Source: Octopus vulgaris | Lineage: Eukaryota | Reading direction: 5' to 3' | Assembly (NCBI GenBank): GCA_951406725.2 | Contig: OX597822.1 | Coordinates: forward strand, 77,996,001 to 78,060,000 | Length of the DNA: 64,000 nucleotides | Shown: piece after piece, positions 1 through 14,627 of the stretch | Numbering within the stretch: the stretch's first letter is position 1 | How the letters are laid out: every line of letters begins with the position of its first letter | The notes under the pieces: model-generated | Seen by the model: only the letters and a program-made list of their open reading frames with translations | Database searches by the model: none | Told to the model about the DNA's origin: nothing | Position numbers and translations under genes: made by a program

Positions 1-75
1 CAACTTTCCGTCCAGACTTGTATCCCGGAGGGAAACCTCTTTGGTGCACTCCTGGTCATTCGTGACCCACGGAAT

Positions 76-114
<39 letters not shown>

Positions 115-399
115 CATATATATATATGTGTATACATTTTCGCATATAGACACATATACATAGTTATATGTACATATAATATGCTTATACATACACGTAG
201 ACATGTATGAGCGTGCGTGTGTGTGTGTGCGTGTGGGCACGCGCGTGCACACGTGTGTGTCTAAGTGAGCATGTATGTATATCAGATGCATTCGCGATGT
301 CCAGAAATTTCCATCACTATTAAACCATACAAAGGTAAGTACGTGCGTTTATGCATGTGTGTATGTACGCATGTATGTATGTACGCATGTATATAATCG

Positions 400-440
<41 letters not shown>

Positions 441-510
441 CATATATTATAAACATATATACATATATATACACCCACACATACACACACGCATATTTAT
501 ATATATATAT

Positions 511-568
<58 letters not shown>

Positions 569-1309
569 CGAGAGACATACATATGTATGCCTGTGTGTCT
601 GTATGGGACTGTTTCAGGTATGTATATGTATATTATATAAAATTAAGTCGTGATTTCTGCTTTATGTAGAGTGATTGCGTAGAAAGAAGGAAACTTTTAA
701 TCAATCGGATAAAACGAGCAGATTAAAAACCAGAAATTAAAGCAGAAACGAAAATGAAAAAAAAAAAGAAAATCGAAAAATATAGAACGAAGGGTAGAAT
801 AATACATACACGCATGCGCAGTGAACTTTTCATTCATCATGGATGATATGTGATGGAAGTTGACTGATCAGAGTAAAAACAAAATGGAAGAGGCTCGCTA
901 AAGTGATGTTAAAAGTATGCTTGTATCGTACGAGATATAACTTGTAACGTCTTCAAGTTGCATAACACACACAAACATGCATATAGCATACGCATGCGCA
1001 CAATAAATAAACTTAAATAGCTATAACCCATCTTGCTAGAAATAGCAGCTGTTCCTGCTACTGCTTCATAAAAAGGAAGGTTGAATACATTTGATATTGT
1101 AACTATAGATAAGTCTCTTTGTCACACATTATCCACCCCGCCACCAGCACCTCCACCAATGAAAAAATGCGGCATGGTCACGATTGGATTTCATTTTATT
1201 ATATTTGTTCAATGATATTCGACTTTGGGCTTAAACAAGAACACATATGCAGATAATTAACGAGGAAGTTTGTACGTAGCCACTCTTGTTGCTAGAAACA
1301 ACAGTAACA

Positions 1310-1732
1310 AAGGCGGCGAGCTGGCAGAAACGTTAACACGCCAGGCGAAGTGCTTAGCGGTATTTCGTCTGTCTTTACATTCTGAGTTCAAATTCCGCCG
1401 AGGTCGACTTTGCCTTTTATCCTTTCGGGGTCGATTAAATAAGTACCAGTTACGCATTGGGGTCGATATAATCGACTTAATCCGTTTGTCTGTCCTTGTT
1501 TGTCCTCTCTATGTTTAGCCCTTTGTGGGTAGTAAAGAAGTAGAAATAGGTATTTCGTCTGCCGTTACGTTCTGAGTTCAAATTCTGCCAAGGTCGACTT
1601 TGCCTTTCATCCTCCCGAGGACGATAAATTAAGTACCAATTACGCACTGAGGTCGATATAATCGACTTAATCCGTTTGTCTGTCCTTGTTTGTCCCCTCT
1701 ATGTTTAGCCCCTTGTGGGCAATAAAGAAATA
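1310..1732 (+). mobile_element. tRNA-derived SINE family A, dimeric body
   Basis: Head ggcggcgagctggcagaaacgtta (A-box-like) and gagttcaaattcc (B-box). Core gaggtcgactttgcctttcatcctttcggggtcga is present twice. Flanked by 16-bp TSD agaaa[c/t]aacagtaaca (1294-1309, 1733-1748). Confidence 0.9.
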
Positions 1733-1837
1733 AGAAATAACAGTAACATCTATTATCCCAGTTCTCTTCAAAATGGACACACACCACACTGTGATGCAAC
1801 TGTAGGTATCTCACACACATGCGTACCCGCACATGCT

Positions 1838-1877
<40 letters not shown>

Positions 1878-2555
1878 CGTAACCATGGGCCAATCAGAGC
1901 CGTGTGAATGAATTGAGTTGGGGGAAACTTCGTAGTAGGCTGTCGCGCACACACACACACACACATCTGTGCAAATCTGTAATGGAATGCGTCTTGTTTT
2001 TTTCATTATCCTTTAAATCTTCAGGTTTACAGATTTTTATATCTCCAGATCTTGTGATCATTTGTAGTGTATGAATTAGGGATTTGCGTTCTCTCCCCAA
2101 GAACCGAAGTTTAGCCACACTTTGCTCTAGGCGGGTTGGTATGTATCCGTTTGATTAAGTTTGATTAAGTTTGAAGCTGAAAAGGCATCTTGCGTACTGA
2201 ATTTGCAAACTCCTTATCAATGATCCAGTATGATTTGATTTTGATTTTGATTTTTCCAGTTTCAGCATATGAGCTGTAGCCATGCTGGGGCACCGCCAAG
2301 TATGTCTTCTTTTTTTTTTATTTTTCCTAATTACATTAGTGTCTCAGGGGGAAACTGATTTCCATATCTGAACATATCTTTTCCTTGAGGTCTCACACGA
2401 TATCTGTCCGGTTGTGGATTTAGAGAATAATGCAGTTGTCACATGTAGGTTATAATTTCTTACATACTAAGTTAATAACATGTGAGGAATATTGTGAAAC
2501 GGCTGTAACCCTATGGAAGTCACATGGTTAAATAAATATATATTCATCTAGCATA

Positions 2556-2776
2556 CGAGGAGTCTGCTGAAAAGTTCCTGGCTTTGGGTAAAAAGAAAAT
2601 ACAGAAGGATAAGTTTTAATTATTATTTTATTCAACATATTCCCCTCTCAGATTCACACACTTATTGTAGTGGTCCTCCAGTTTTTCTTAGCCCTGTAAA
2701 AGAACCCAGAAGGTTGGGCCTCCAACCAGGTTTTTCGCGATATCTTTAAAGCCAGGAACTTTTCAGCACCCTCTGG
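2556..2776. mobile_element. Mariner-type MITE
   Basis: TIRs cgagg..tgctgaaaagttcctggcttt / aaagccaggaacttttcagcaccctc with TA on both sides. A second copy lies at 38645-38822. Confidence 0.85.
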
Positions 2777-2906
2777 TACCTACCTGACTTCATGGTTTTA
2801 TGTATGTATAATGAGTGTGTGGAAACTGTGTTGAAGCCTGTTGTAAATATACGTGTGTGCATGTATATGTCTTCGGGTTTGTTCTTCCATCGACTGACAA
2901 CCGGCC

Positions 2907-3084
2907 TTGGCCATGTTGGAGCTCAGTCTCGAAGGATTTTTTTTTTTGTCGAACAAATCGATACCAGTACTTAATTTAAGTCTGGCACTTATTCTATCGG
3001 TATCTTTGTCGAAGCGCTAATTTGCGGAGGGACGTTAACAAACCAACGCCAGATGTCAAGCAATGAGCGGGGAGAACAGAAACA

Positions 3085-3127
<43 letters not shown>

Positions 3128-3290
3128 ATATATATGATGGGCCTCCATACAGTTTCCGTCTGTCTTCCAAAGTCACTCAAAAGGCATTATTTGGCCCGAG
3201 ACTGAACTAGAAAACGCCGCAAAGTTCTGCGTATTGGGAGAGATGCCGAGGCCATGTTGTTGTAAAGCGGACTTCTTAACCATACAGCCA
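2907..3290 (-). mobile_element. SINE family B, degenerate
   Basis: Reverse-complement match to the family B copy at 15904-16342, including the internal (CA)n/(TA)n tract. Confidence 0.75.
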
Positions 3291-3759
3291 TACATGTATC
3301 AAGACAATGAAACAACCGCAACAACAACAAGAAGAACCGCAAGAAGAGCATAAAAATCATAAAATCACTGCAACAAATTCAAGTGCCCTATTAACGAGTC
3401 AGTAGTCTAATACGCTCTGCGCTAGGGAAGTTCGCCAACAGAATGTATTTAACTATGCAATAAGTATAGAGACATCTATCAAGTCATTCTTATGTCCACA
3501 TCAACATTCGTGTAATCTGTTAAGAATGAGAGAATGAAAGAACAGGATTAGGTCAAAGGTTGTCTAGTTTCCAGTTATTGTCTTTCTGACAAAAGCATTG
3601 TCGCTGCCGTCTTACGGGACTGTAAATCAATCATTTTGATTCGGATTTATTTCAGCAACCACATGCGCACCCATACACACGGATCATACACAAAGACATA
3701 CGCATAGCCGCGCCCGCTCACGCTCACATACACTCACAGCTACACTCACTTAATGCGCA

Positions 3760-5418
<1,659 letters not shown>

Positions 5419-6257
5419 TCTTGTATAGTGATGGGGAGAAAGAATAAGATCGTGAGCGAGTCATTCATCGCAATGTCGAATAACAACGACTACGACGACA
5501 CTGATAATGATGACGACGAAGACGACGATGATGATGATGACGACGTCGAAGACAATGAGGATGATGATGATTATGACGACGACGACGAAGACAATGATGA
5601 TGATGATGAGCACGGTAATTGTGGTGATAATGGCTGGAGGTATTTACGTGACATGTCTGAAAAGTTAAGTAGAAATCAAAGGGGTCCAGAAGTAAAAAAC
5701 AAAATGTTTGAGAACCACTGTTTTCCAGGGATGAGTTCAATTGCTCGATCCTGATACTCTACTTTATATAAACCACATACTTAATGTTTTTGTATATGTC
5801 TAAATCCTGTTGGCTGTGGAAATTAAGGTCAACTTTGAAGAATTCTTAATCATTGAGATAAAATCCCTTCTCGTATGGAGCCAGTCTCAGTTACGACTTG
5901 GTAACTGTGACACAGCCCTCTGAAGGTGGATGGAATTTTAAAACAGCAAGAATTTATGATTTTTGTCTATTTTCTTCGAATGCCTACCACTGGCCACACT
6001 GTGTTATTTCGCTTCGTTTAACTTGGTTTAATTTATACACACACACACACACACACACACACATACGTCCATAGTAAGTGCAAAGGCTTTACAGAAAAAG
6101 ATCATCGCATGAATTTTTTAAACAGCGCCTGTGGGCACACGAGTATGGCTCTTCAGGCCCGTCTCAGTTTAGCAAATTTTGATGTATACGTGACAAGCAA
6201 AAACTTCCCTCTACTCGTGACAACTTACGTGTGCATGTAAATATGGATATATATATA

Positions 6258-6650
6258 TAGTGAGAACTTACAAGAAAACAAAATACGAAGATGGGTGTGT
6301 AAACAACAAACAGATGTATTAGTTCAACGCTCGGGAAAGGAGAAAGTCTTTTACGTTTCGAGCCTGCGCTTTTCGACAGAAAGGAATACAGAAATAAACA
6401 TGAAGGTTAAATAGAAAAGGTTTAGTGGCTAGCGATCTATCATGGCGAATGCCGGACAAAGGGGTCACACAGGAGAGCTAGGAAGAAAGGGAGATAATAA
6501 AGTAGTGGTGATCCCAAAACGAAGGTGCGCGTGCGTGTGTATGTGCGTGTGGAAGGAGGCTGGTGACCTTGACGTGTGCGTGTGTGCATGTGTAGGTGTG
6601 TGGATGATGGTGTAGGTGCTGGGAAGTGGTCAGTGCTAGTGTGTGCGTGG
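6258..6650 (-). mobile_element. Family G: non-autonomous repeat with a minimal hammerhead-like motif (probably Penelope pLTR-derived)
   Basis: Homologous to 13180-13376 (-), 26476-26672 (+), 39460-39812 (+) and 43120-43234 (-). Family motif cttt CTGTNGA a gagc gtag gctc GAAA cg TA aaag lies at 6348-6383 (-). One end abuts (TA)n. Confidence 0.7.
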
Positions 6651-7182
6651 TGGTGTGATGTAGTGTGGTGTGGTATGGTGGTGTGTGGTATGGTGGTTTG
6701 ATGAATTTATATATACATATGTAAGTATATATACACACAAACATATAACAGATATGCATATAAGTGTGTAGATGTGTATGCGTGTACGAGTGTGTGTACT
6801 CGATCTGGGCTAATCTGTGATTAAAAAACAATAATAAAACCGACAAGAACAAAAAAGATAAAGGAATTGGCACCGGTGCAAACAAATAAAACATAGATGG
6901 CCTAATTAGAGTCCAGATCGGGTTCATTTAAGTACGGAAGTTGAAGAGAAGTGAGCAGAACCGATTGCCAAAACTTATAGTAACGAAGTCAAAATGTTAT
7001 TATTACAATTCCTGTATATTTCCCAGACTTGAGAACGCTGACGCCATAAGCTAAGTCATGTTTGATGTCAGTGTGTGCAGAAATTTATTGATGGGCAGCT
7101 GAAGAAGAAAACTGTTGATGAAATGTTCGCTCTCTGGTTTGGCAGTGTTTTTTGCAAAGTGCAAAAAGCTCCAGCTCCACTT

Positions 7183-7375
7183 GTTCGTCCGTCGTTGTCG
7201 ACGATGATCAAGGGCATCGCACGGGAGAAGAAGACGAAACATGGTGTGTCCAGCTGTAGCCAATCAGTCCGATGCGTTGGGCACTAGTACTCTGTTGGGA
7301 TTGAAGGCAAGAAGGTGGCTTTGGGCTTGAGTGCTTGGCGTTTTCTTTGTGTCACAACAATCCTGTTTTGTTCGT
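7183..7375 (-). mobile_element. RTE-clade LINE 3' end fragment
   Basis: Minus-strand frameshifted peptide ...EY*CPT / RIGLIGYSWTH resembles the RTE C-terminal zinc-finger-like motif. It is followed by an RTE-like 3' tail gatcatcgtcgacaacgacggacgaacaa. Confidence 0.55.
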
Positions 7376-7690
7376 AGTAGGTGGTGGTCGTCGTCGTCAT
7401 CGTCTTGGTGATAGCAGTGGTGGTGATAGTGGCGATGGTAGTGGTGGTGGTGTTGGTGGTGTTAGTGATAGCAGTGGTGCTGATAGGGGTGGTGATGATA
7501 GTGGTGTTGATAGTGGTGGTAGTGGTGGTGGTGATATTGATGGTGATGGTGGTGGTGGTAGCAGTGATGGTGGTGGTGGTAGCAGTGATGGTGGTTATAG
7601 TGGTGGCGGCGGCGGTGGCAGTGGTGGTGTTGGTAGACGTAGTAGAGGTGGTGATAGAAGTGATAGAAGTGGTGGCGATAGTGGTGGTGC
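7376..7690. repeat. (GGT/GAT)n degenerate trinucleotide tract
   Basis: Directly visible; source of the poly-G/V/H ORFs. Confidence 0.9.
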
Positions 7691-7860
7691 GAGATTCTAC
7701 ACGATAACGGAATCAAGGTTCACACAATCCAATAATCATTAATAGAAGCACCATAGTATGTATATACAGCAAAATTGTATTCGTTTATCTGTTAGTTTCT
7801 GGCCATGCTGTGACACCATCTTGAAGGGTTTAGTCGGACAAATCGACCCCCCAGTTGTAT

Positions 7861-8533
7861 TGAGTAGAGATTCTGTGTCGAATTTTGCTAAAAACAAGGC
7901 GATACCTGCTCAGAGGCCTACGCAAAGGTTTCAAAAAGTTTTAATCATTCTCGACACAATGAAGGAGATCTTGTGCAACTGAAACCCGAGTGTCTCTTTG
8001 ATCAGCTGAAAGCAGTTTTGGCACGAACTTGGCAGAAACGCGTCTCATACCCAAATCTTCGGAGATAATGGACTGAACTGAATTGTAACTAATCTGCACA
8101 TCCTCTGATAACTCACGGAGGGGGATTTCCCCTTACAGCTGCATACACATCTGCGAGCTTTTTCACGGTTCTGCTGGTTGCAGGTCTCTCAGATCGACAT
8201 TTCTTCAGCCATCTTAGAAACGTCTGAACCACTCGTGCACTCGTGTGCGGCTCATACATCCCTCGCCATACACTTTCTGCAACTTTGCGTAGGACTCTGG
8301 GCAAGTATCGCTGTGACAACTTTCTCTGTCATGGTCAATGCGACGATCACACGCTACACACCTTCCTTCCAAGCACCGCTGTAAACAGCAGAAGTGAGCT
8401 AGAGTGTTAAAACTTAGTGTACATGCATAGCAGAGTTCACGGTCAAACTATGCCAAGCGGTTTACTCTGCGTTCTTTAGCTTTTAGCTTCTTTACTATGG
8501 CAACAATCCGGATAGTTATTAATCAGACCTCGT
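7861..8533 (-). mobile_element. Mariner transposase pseudogene (5' half) with TIR and a short inverted CDS fragment
   Basis: Minus strand reads LRELSEDVQISYNSVQSIISEDLGMRRVSAKFVPKLLSADQ...END*NFL (HTH plus WVP-like linker). TIR-like cgaggtctgattaataactatccgga at about 8508-8533. Bases 7861-7928 are a plus-strand copy of the N-terminal coding part. Confidence 0.85.
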
Positions 8534-8740
8534 GTGTATATATATATGCATACGTAGATGCATACATGTATACATACATAAATACACACACACACACACA
8601 CATATATATTATCCGAAATGTATAGTATTAAATATCCATCATAGATGATCTTACCAATCGGTTTCACATAAAAATACAATGGAGTGCTAGGTAACAATCC
8701 GATTATACCACGCTACGTAGTATATATATATATATATGCA

Positions 8741-8868
8741 AGGGGCTTCTTCCAGTTTCCATCTACCAAATCCACTCAGAAGGCTTTAGTCGGCACGAGG
8801 CTAGAGTAGGAGACACTTGCCCAAGGTACCACGCATTGGAACTGAACACGGAACCAAGTGGCTGCGCT
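8741..8868 (-). mobile_element. SINE family B, 5' part
   Basis: gggcttcttccagtttccatctaccaaatccactc...gacacttgcccaaggt matches family B in reverse. Confidence 0.8.
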
Positions 8869-8901
8869 TATATGTACGCATGTGTGCATACACACACATA
8901 T

Positions 8902-8978
<77 letters not shown>

Positions 8979-9007
8979 CTTATATGTATATACATATATA
9001 CATGTGT

Positions 9008-9051
<44 letters not shown>

Positions 9052-9471
9052 GTGTGTTTGTGTGTATGGATGTATGCACGTGTACATACACATATACATA
9101 CGTTCGTCTGGATATTAAATATTTACGTATCCGACGCTCCTCTGCGATAAAGTCAACAGCCTGACCTTCCCTAATCAGATATATTAAATAACAAGTGATC
9201 ATCTCTCTTAACTAAATATTACCAGGCCTTTTCCCCTCCTGGGGCACTAACTGACTAACTGAAATGTCAATGACACCCACACAAATCCACAAATGTTTGG
9301 GTCTATTTTATCCTGTTTTTTTTTTTATGCTTTTGTGTTTTACATAAGAATGTGTGTGCATATAGCTGTATTATTGTGTATGTATTGTGAGATACACACT
9401 CTCTGAAATGCGCTGGCAAATATGCGTGCGTGTGTGTGTGCATGTATATATGAACATATGTATAAGTGCGC

Positions 9472-9524
<53 letters not shown>

Positions 9525-9534
9525 CACACATACA

Positions 9535-9570
<36 letters not shown>

Positions 9571-9740
9571 TATATATATTATATATATGTATGTATATAT
9601 ATATATGTATGTATGTATGTACGTATATACCGTGGATGACGTCAGGTAGCCATAGGCAGTGAACGTGTTTCGTTGACTAACTATTGTGCACATAGTTAAT
9701 ACTTAAATAATTATACACACACACACATATATATATGCAT

Positions 9741-9785
<45 letters not shown>

Positions 9786-9797
9786 TATAAATATATA

Positions 9798-9882
<85 letters not shown>

Positions 9883-9968
9883 GAATTTATCATTGTGGTT
9901 CTCTTTCTTGGCTGAGGAAGTACAGTGTCCGATATATTTTTACAAGGCCTCCAAAATTGAAGGACAAC

Positions 9969-10167
9969 GAGGTGAACTGACAGAATTTTTAGCACCTCGG
10001 ACAAAATATTTCACTGCATTTTATTCGGCTCTTAATGTTCTGAGTTTAAATCCAGTCGAGAACAGCCTTTGACTTTCATCTTTTATGGTTCGATAAAATA
10101 AAGTACTAGTCAAGTACTGTGGTTGACGTAATCGACTTGCCCTTTCCACTCTAAAGTACTGTCCTTG
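9969..10167 (+). mobile_element. SINE family A, degenerate
   Basis: Diverged head, gttctgagtttaaatcc B-box and tttcatctttt...cgataaaataaagtac core. Confidence 0.65.
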
Positions 10168-10491
10168 AACTCTGCAACGGACCAGCGTCCCATTTAGGGG
10201 GAGTGTTATGATCTCGGTCATTTATACGCGATGGAAACCGGGGAACTGGTCTTACGAGTTTTAGGGCCCGAGAAAAAAAAAAAAGAAAGAAATTAGGGCA
10301 GCAGAAACGGAGAGAAGGCCTAGTTTGTGATTTATTACTGTAGGAAGTATTACATAAGAATATCTCAGGGGTGGATTAAGCTAAATAAAAGAAAGTGGAA
10401 AATTTGTGTGCGTGCGTATAGTAGTGAGTGTGTGTAGAGTAGTGCATAAGTGTTTGAAGGCGTGAGACTGTCTCCGTGTATATGTGTGTAC

Positions 10492-10558
<67 letters not shown>

Positions 10559-10729
10559 CGTGCATGTTTGTACGTTAAGTTCAGAAGCGTACAAGTGTGT
10601 GCCAATACGTTCTTTGCCTGCGGATTCAGTTGAAATAACTTCCTCCTACGTGCTGTTTCCGTGGACGGCCATATTTAAACGTAATTCAACACATGTTTTA
10701 ACTCGTTTCCACTTCCTCTGCTTTTCACA

Positions 10730-11025
10730 CTTCAGTAGGCGACCATTTGCATCACTAGGTCATGGCGTCAGTTCTTTCTACACATCAACACTTTTTTTTT
10801 TCTCTTTAAACTAAAAAGAATATCGTGTATCTTGCTGTTGTTGCACTTGTCGTATATTCCAAGGCATTTGATCACCTGCTACAGTCGTTATTGTCAGAAG
10901 TACAAGCTATGGCGAAAAGGCAACATTTAAGTCACTTTTATATCGTCATTCCAGGCGCTGACTCTCATCCACAATCAAATTTACTCGTTGTTTGCAAAAG
11001 GTTTACATGGCAAGGAGTGGTGTGA
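10730..11025 (+). pseudogene. Possible decayed non-LTR reverse transcriptase fragment
   Basis: VALVVYSKAFDHL resembles the RT DxSKAFD motif; the rest is heavily degenerate. Confidence 0.35.
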
Positions 11026-11819
11026 AATATATCTCTGAAAATTAAATATTAATCCCATAATATACTACAGCTTGGCAGTCTGTCATCGAGAAATCATGGG
11101 TGGTTTAGATATAGCTCCTGGTGGGGTATAGCCGCTGTGTCTGCCCATCATCCATTTTAGAACAGAAAAAAATGAACAAACTTAAATTCTTTTGCACCAC
11201 ACCAAGAGAGTAAATGATAGAGCTGAAGCTTTAAGCTTATTGCTTGACATAGTTACTCTACTTGGTACTCTTGGTACTCTTGTTTAGAGAGACTATCCGC
11301 GAAGGCATTCCAGTAATAGTCATCCAATCTTTATTAGACAATGCAATTATAACTCTCGTTCAGATTTTTTTTCCTTAAGATAATACTTTATGGTTTCGGG
11401 GAGATTTGGCTACTATTTCTAGCAGGCTGGGTGCTCACAGAGGCTCCATCGAATGCTGTTGTTCCAAGAGATTTAGTTGTGTTTTAGCTCCAGGTCAACC
11501 GCAGCTGTAGACAAGGAAGTGTAAAGTATGGCTTGCTCTGAAAAGAATATGGCTCTCTAGCATAATATAAATATGTACGTAAAAACATTGTGGTTATGAA
11601 ACCATTGGTCAGCGCCCCTCTCCTCACATTAGTGAGCTCCTACCCATTATTCAGATCGACCAGAGATACAATCTAAGGTATTCCAGTCGTGGCTATCCCA
11701 AGTGAATGTAGGATTACATACTTTTAGGATAGTCATGCATAATCTAATTACATATTCTTGTGTGTTATTTGCCTATTTAAGTTGATCGGCTCTGATTTGA
11801 CGGAAATTTAACTGCTATT

Positions 11820-12122
11820 AACTTTGCCTTTCATCCTTTCGGGGTCAATAAATGAAGTACAGTTACGCACTGGGGTCGATGTAATCGATTTAATTCATTT
11901 GTCTGTCCTTGTTTGTCCCCTCTGTGTTTAGCCCCTTGTGGGTAGTAAAGAAATAGGTATTTCGTCTGTCTTTATGTCCTGAGTTCAAATTCTGTCGAAG
12001 TCGACTTTGCTTTTCATTCTTTCGGGGTCGATAAAATAAGCACCAATTGAGCGCTGAGATCTATGTTATCGACTAGTCCTCTCCATTAAATTGCCGGCTT
12101 AGTGCCAAAATTTGAAACCAGT
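11820..12122 (+). mobile_element. SINE family A, headless dimer
   Basis: Two core units actttgcctttcatcctttcggggtc. Confidence 0.85.
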
Positions 12123-12726
12123 ATTTACGGTGGCGATCGCAGCAATGGTAGTAGTAGAGGTTGAGTGCTGAAATGTAGATGTATAAAGTGGTTGTGGTGG
12201 AGGGGGGGGGGGCAAAAAATTGAAATAGGAGGAGGGATAGATGCAATTCATAAGTGGGCTGAAGAAAACGAGACTTAGAAAATTCCAAGAATCCTGTTAT
12301 CATTCCAGAAACATCGTAACGAGGAAACACAAAACAAGATCGGGAGAGACTTTAATCACAAGGTCACAATAAGTGCAAGACCAAGGAGTAAATAGGAGTA
12401 ATAATACATCGTTTCATTTACATATTACTGAAAGGCGACATTGTACAGACGACCGGATAAACGGATTGTGAGGACATTTAGAGCCGGAGAACAAGGAACA
12501 GTGTTGGTTTCTGTGGAGTATATTTACTAATTAGTTGTATGAGTAATTGTTGTTATCTATAGTTGCCTCATAATGTTAAACTAACAGCACAACTCCAAAC
12601 AACCCAACGTTATTAGAACATTATTGCAATGCAACAGATGAACTATTAAGAGAGGCTGACAGAAGTAAGGGTTTATTTCCTGGAGCGAAGACGGGAAAGA
12701 TATCTAGTAATATATATATATATATT

Positions 12727-13172
12727 CGACGGGCTTCTTTCAGTTTCCGTCAACCAAATCCACTCACAAGGCTTGGGTCGACAAGAGGCTATAGTAGAAG
12801 GCACTTACCCAAGGTGCCACGCAGTGGGACTGAACCGGGAACCGTGGTTGGGAAGCAAGCTTCTTATTTCTTTATTGCCCACAAAGGGCTAAACATAGAG
12901 GGGACAAACAAGGACAAAGGGATTAAGTCGATTAGATCGACCCCAGTGAGAAACTGCTACTTACTTTATCGACCCCGAAAGAATGAAAGGCAAAGTTGAC
13001 CTCGGCGGAATTTGAACTCAGAACGTAACGGCAGACGAAATACGGTTAAGCATTTCGCCCGGCGTTCTAACGTTTCTGCCAGCCCGCCGCCTTGAATGAA
13101 TGAATGTGTGGTAAGCAAACTTTTTACCACACAGCCGCTCCTGCGCCTATCCACACAGCCGCTCCAGCGCCT
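12727..13172 (-). mobile_element. SINE B with nested SINE A (12860-13092)
   Basis: Family B sequence is interrupted after gcaagcttctt by a complete minus-strand A copy. The B 5' end ccacacagccgctcc[t/a]gcgcctat is tandemly duplicated. Confidence 0.85.
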
Positions 13173-13179
13173 ATGTATA

Positions 13180-13376
13180 TAGTTGAAATTTATAGAAAAA
13201 CAAAAGAGGAAAACAGGTGTATGAACAAAAAACAAGTGTATTAGTTTGACGCTCGAGAAAAGTGTAAAAGTCTTTTACGTTTCGAACCTACGCTCTTCAA
13301 CAGAAAGGGATGAGAGAAAATAAACAGAGAGAGAATGCAAAAACTTGTAGATTTCAGCGGTCCAACATGGCGAATA
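13180..13376 (-). mobile_element. Family G copy
   Basis: Homology to 6258-6450; hammerhead-like motif at 13272-13307. Confidence 0.7.
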
Positions 13377-13391
13377 TGTATGTGTGTGTGT

Positions 13392-13427
<36 letters not shown>

Positions 13428-13483
13428 TATTATAAAATAATACCCTTACTTCTTTTATCACTACTAACAGCACAGAAAAAGCT

Positions 13484-13915
13484 ACGGGCATAACTGTGTG
13501 GTAAGAAGTTTACTTTCCGACCGTGCCCACTCACACTGCATGGCACCTTGCTCAAGTGTCTTCTCCTATCGCCTCGGACCGACCAAAGACTTGTGAATGG
13601 ATTTACTAGACGGAAACGAAAAGAAGCCCGTCGTACATATATGCGTGGTTGTGTGTGTGTGTGTGTATGCGTGTGTGTGCACGCGCGCGCGCACGTGTGT
13701 GAAAGTGTGTGTCTTTGTGTCTATCCTTGTCCTCCTCTCACCGCTTGATGACTGGTGTTAGTGTAGTTTATGCCCTGTAACTTAGCGGTTCAGAAAAAGA
13801 AGTGTTACAACCATCGCCGGCTCAAAAAAATAAAAAAATAAATAAGTGATGTTATCAATTCATTTGGCTAAATAGTTTTGAAGACCATGCCCCAGCATGG
13901 TCGCAGTCTAAAGAA
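13484..13915 (+). mobile_element. SINE family B
   Basis: Head ctgtgtggtaagaag, CORE-like ggcaccttgctcaagtgtcttc, internal (TG)n, tail ccagcatggtcgcagtc. Confidence 0.8.
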
Positions 13916-14057
13916 TGAATAAAAATGGAAGAGAAAAAGATACTATGATTACGACAAAGACTTCTGTATTACGGCTTGACTCGCTAGAGATAGTAGTAAA
14001 TTTTCCTGAAATAACTTCTAAATTGCTTAAAAAAAGAGAAAACAATTTTTGAAATAG

Positions 14058-14627
14058 ATGACCCGGCCGAGAAAATTTTTTTTCCCACAAGAGTTCTGGA
14101 CCCCAGTTATGAACTCATTTGCATACAGCCAATCAGAGCTCAACTATCAAACTAATTTATGAGTGCTTAACAAGTGATGGGTGATAAAATAAGGTCACTT
14201 GGGTAAGGAATGACCATGCTTCCTTTCTCTTTTAAGAATGCTTGTTGTTCTTGTTCTTATTTCAACCATGGCTGCCTATGTGTAGTTATTTGTGTTGTTG
14301 TTGTTGTTTACTTTGTAAAACAGTAAGGGGAGAGGGTCGCCCTCTACCCACATGTTTCCCATCCACATCTTTACTATATGGGGCCCTAACATAATCCGAT
14401 AATAGGTATAAATGAAAATCTATCTAATTACTTGTCTCCTTCTAAAATCAGACATATCTTGGCGATCGGTCGACTTACAACACCGTTCTTCGTCTTGAGT
14501 TTATTTAGTGGAATGTCTTTGTTAACTTGACAACAAGGCCAAGGTAAGTTCTGATTGGCTGTCTGCAAAAATGTTCATTACTGGGGTCTGGATCTCTCAT
14601 GAGAAAAAAATTTCACGAGCCCGCCAT
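14058..14627. mobile_element. Putative non-autonomous DNA transposon with about 80-bp imperfect TIRs
   Basis: 14058-14140 and 14547-14627 are diverged reverse complements (gaccccagt.atgaac...cagccaatcaga). Confidence 0.65.

Noticed and set aside
6125-6180. CUGAAGA-containing minus-strand segment with gggc/gccc pairing; similar weak cases near 40270-40330, 44081-44115 and 49140-49185
   Set aside because: There are too many core or stem mismatches to call them hammerheads by eye.
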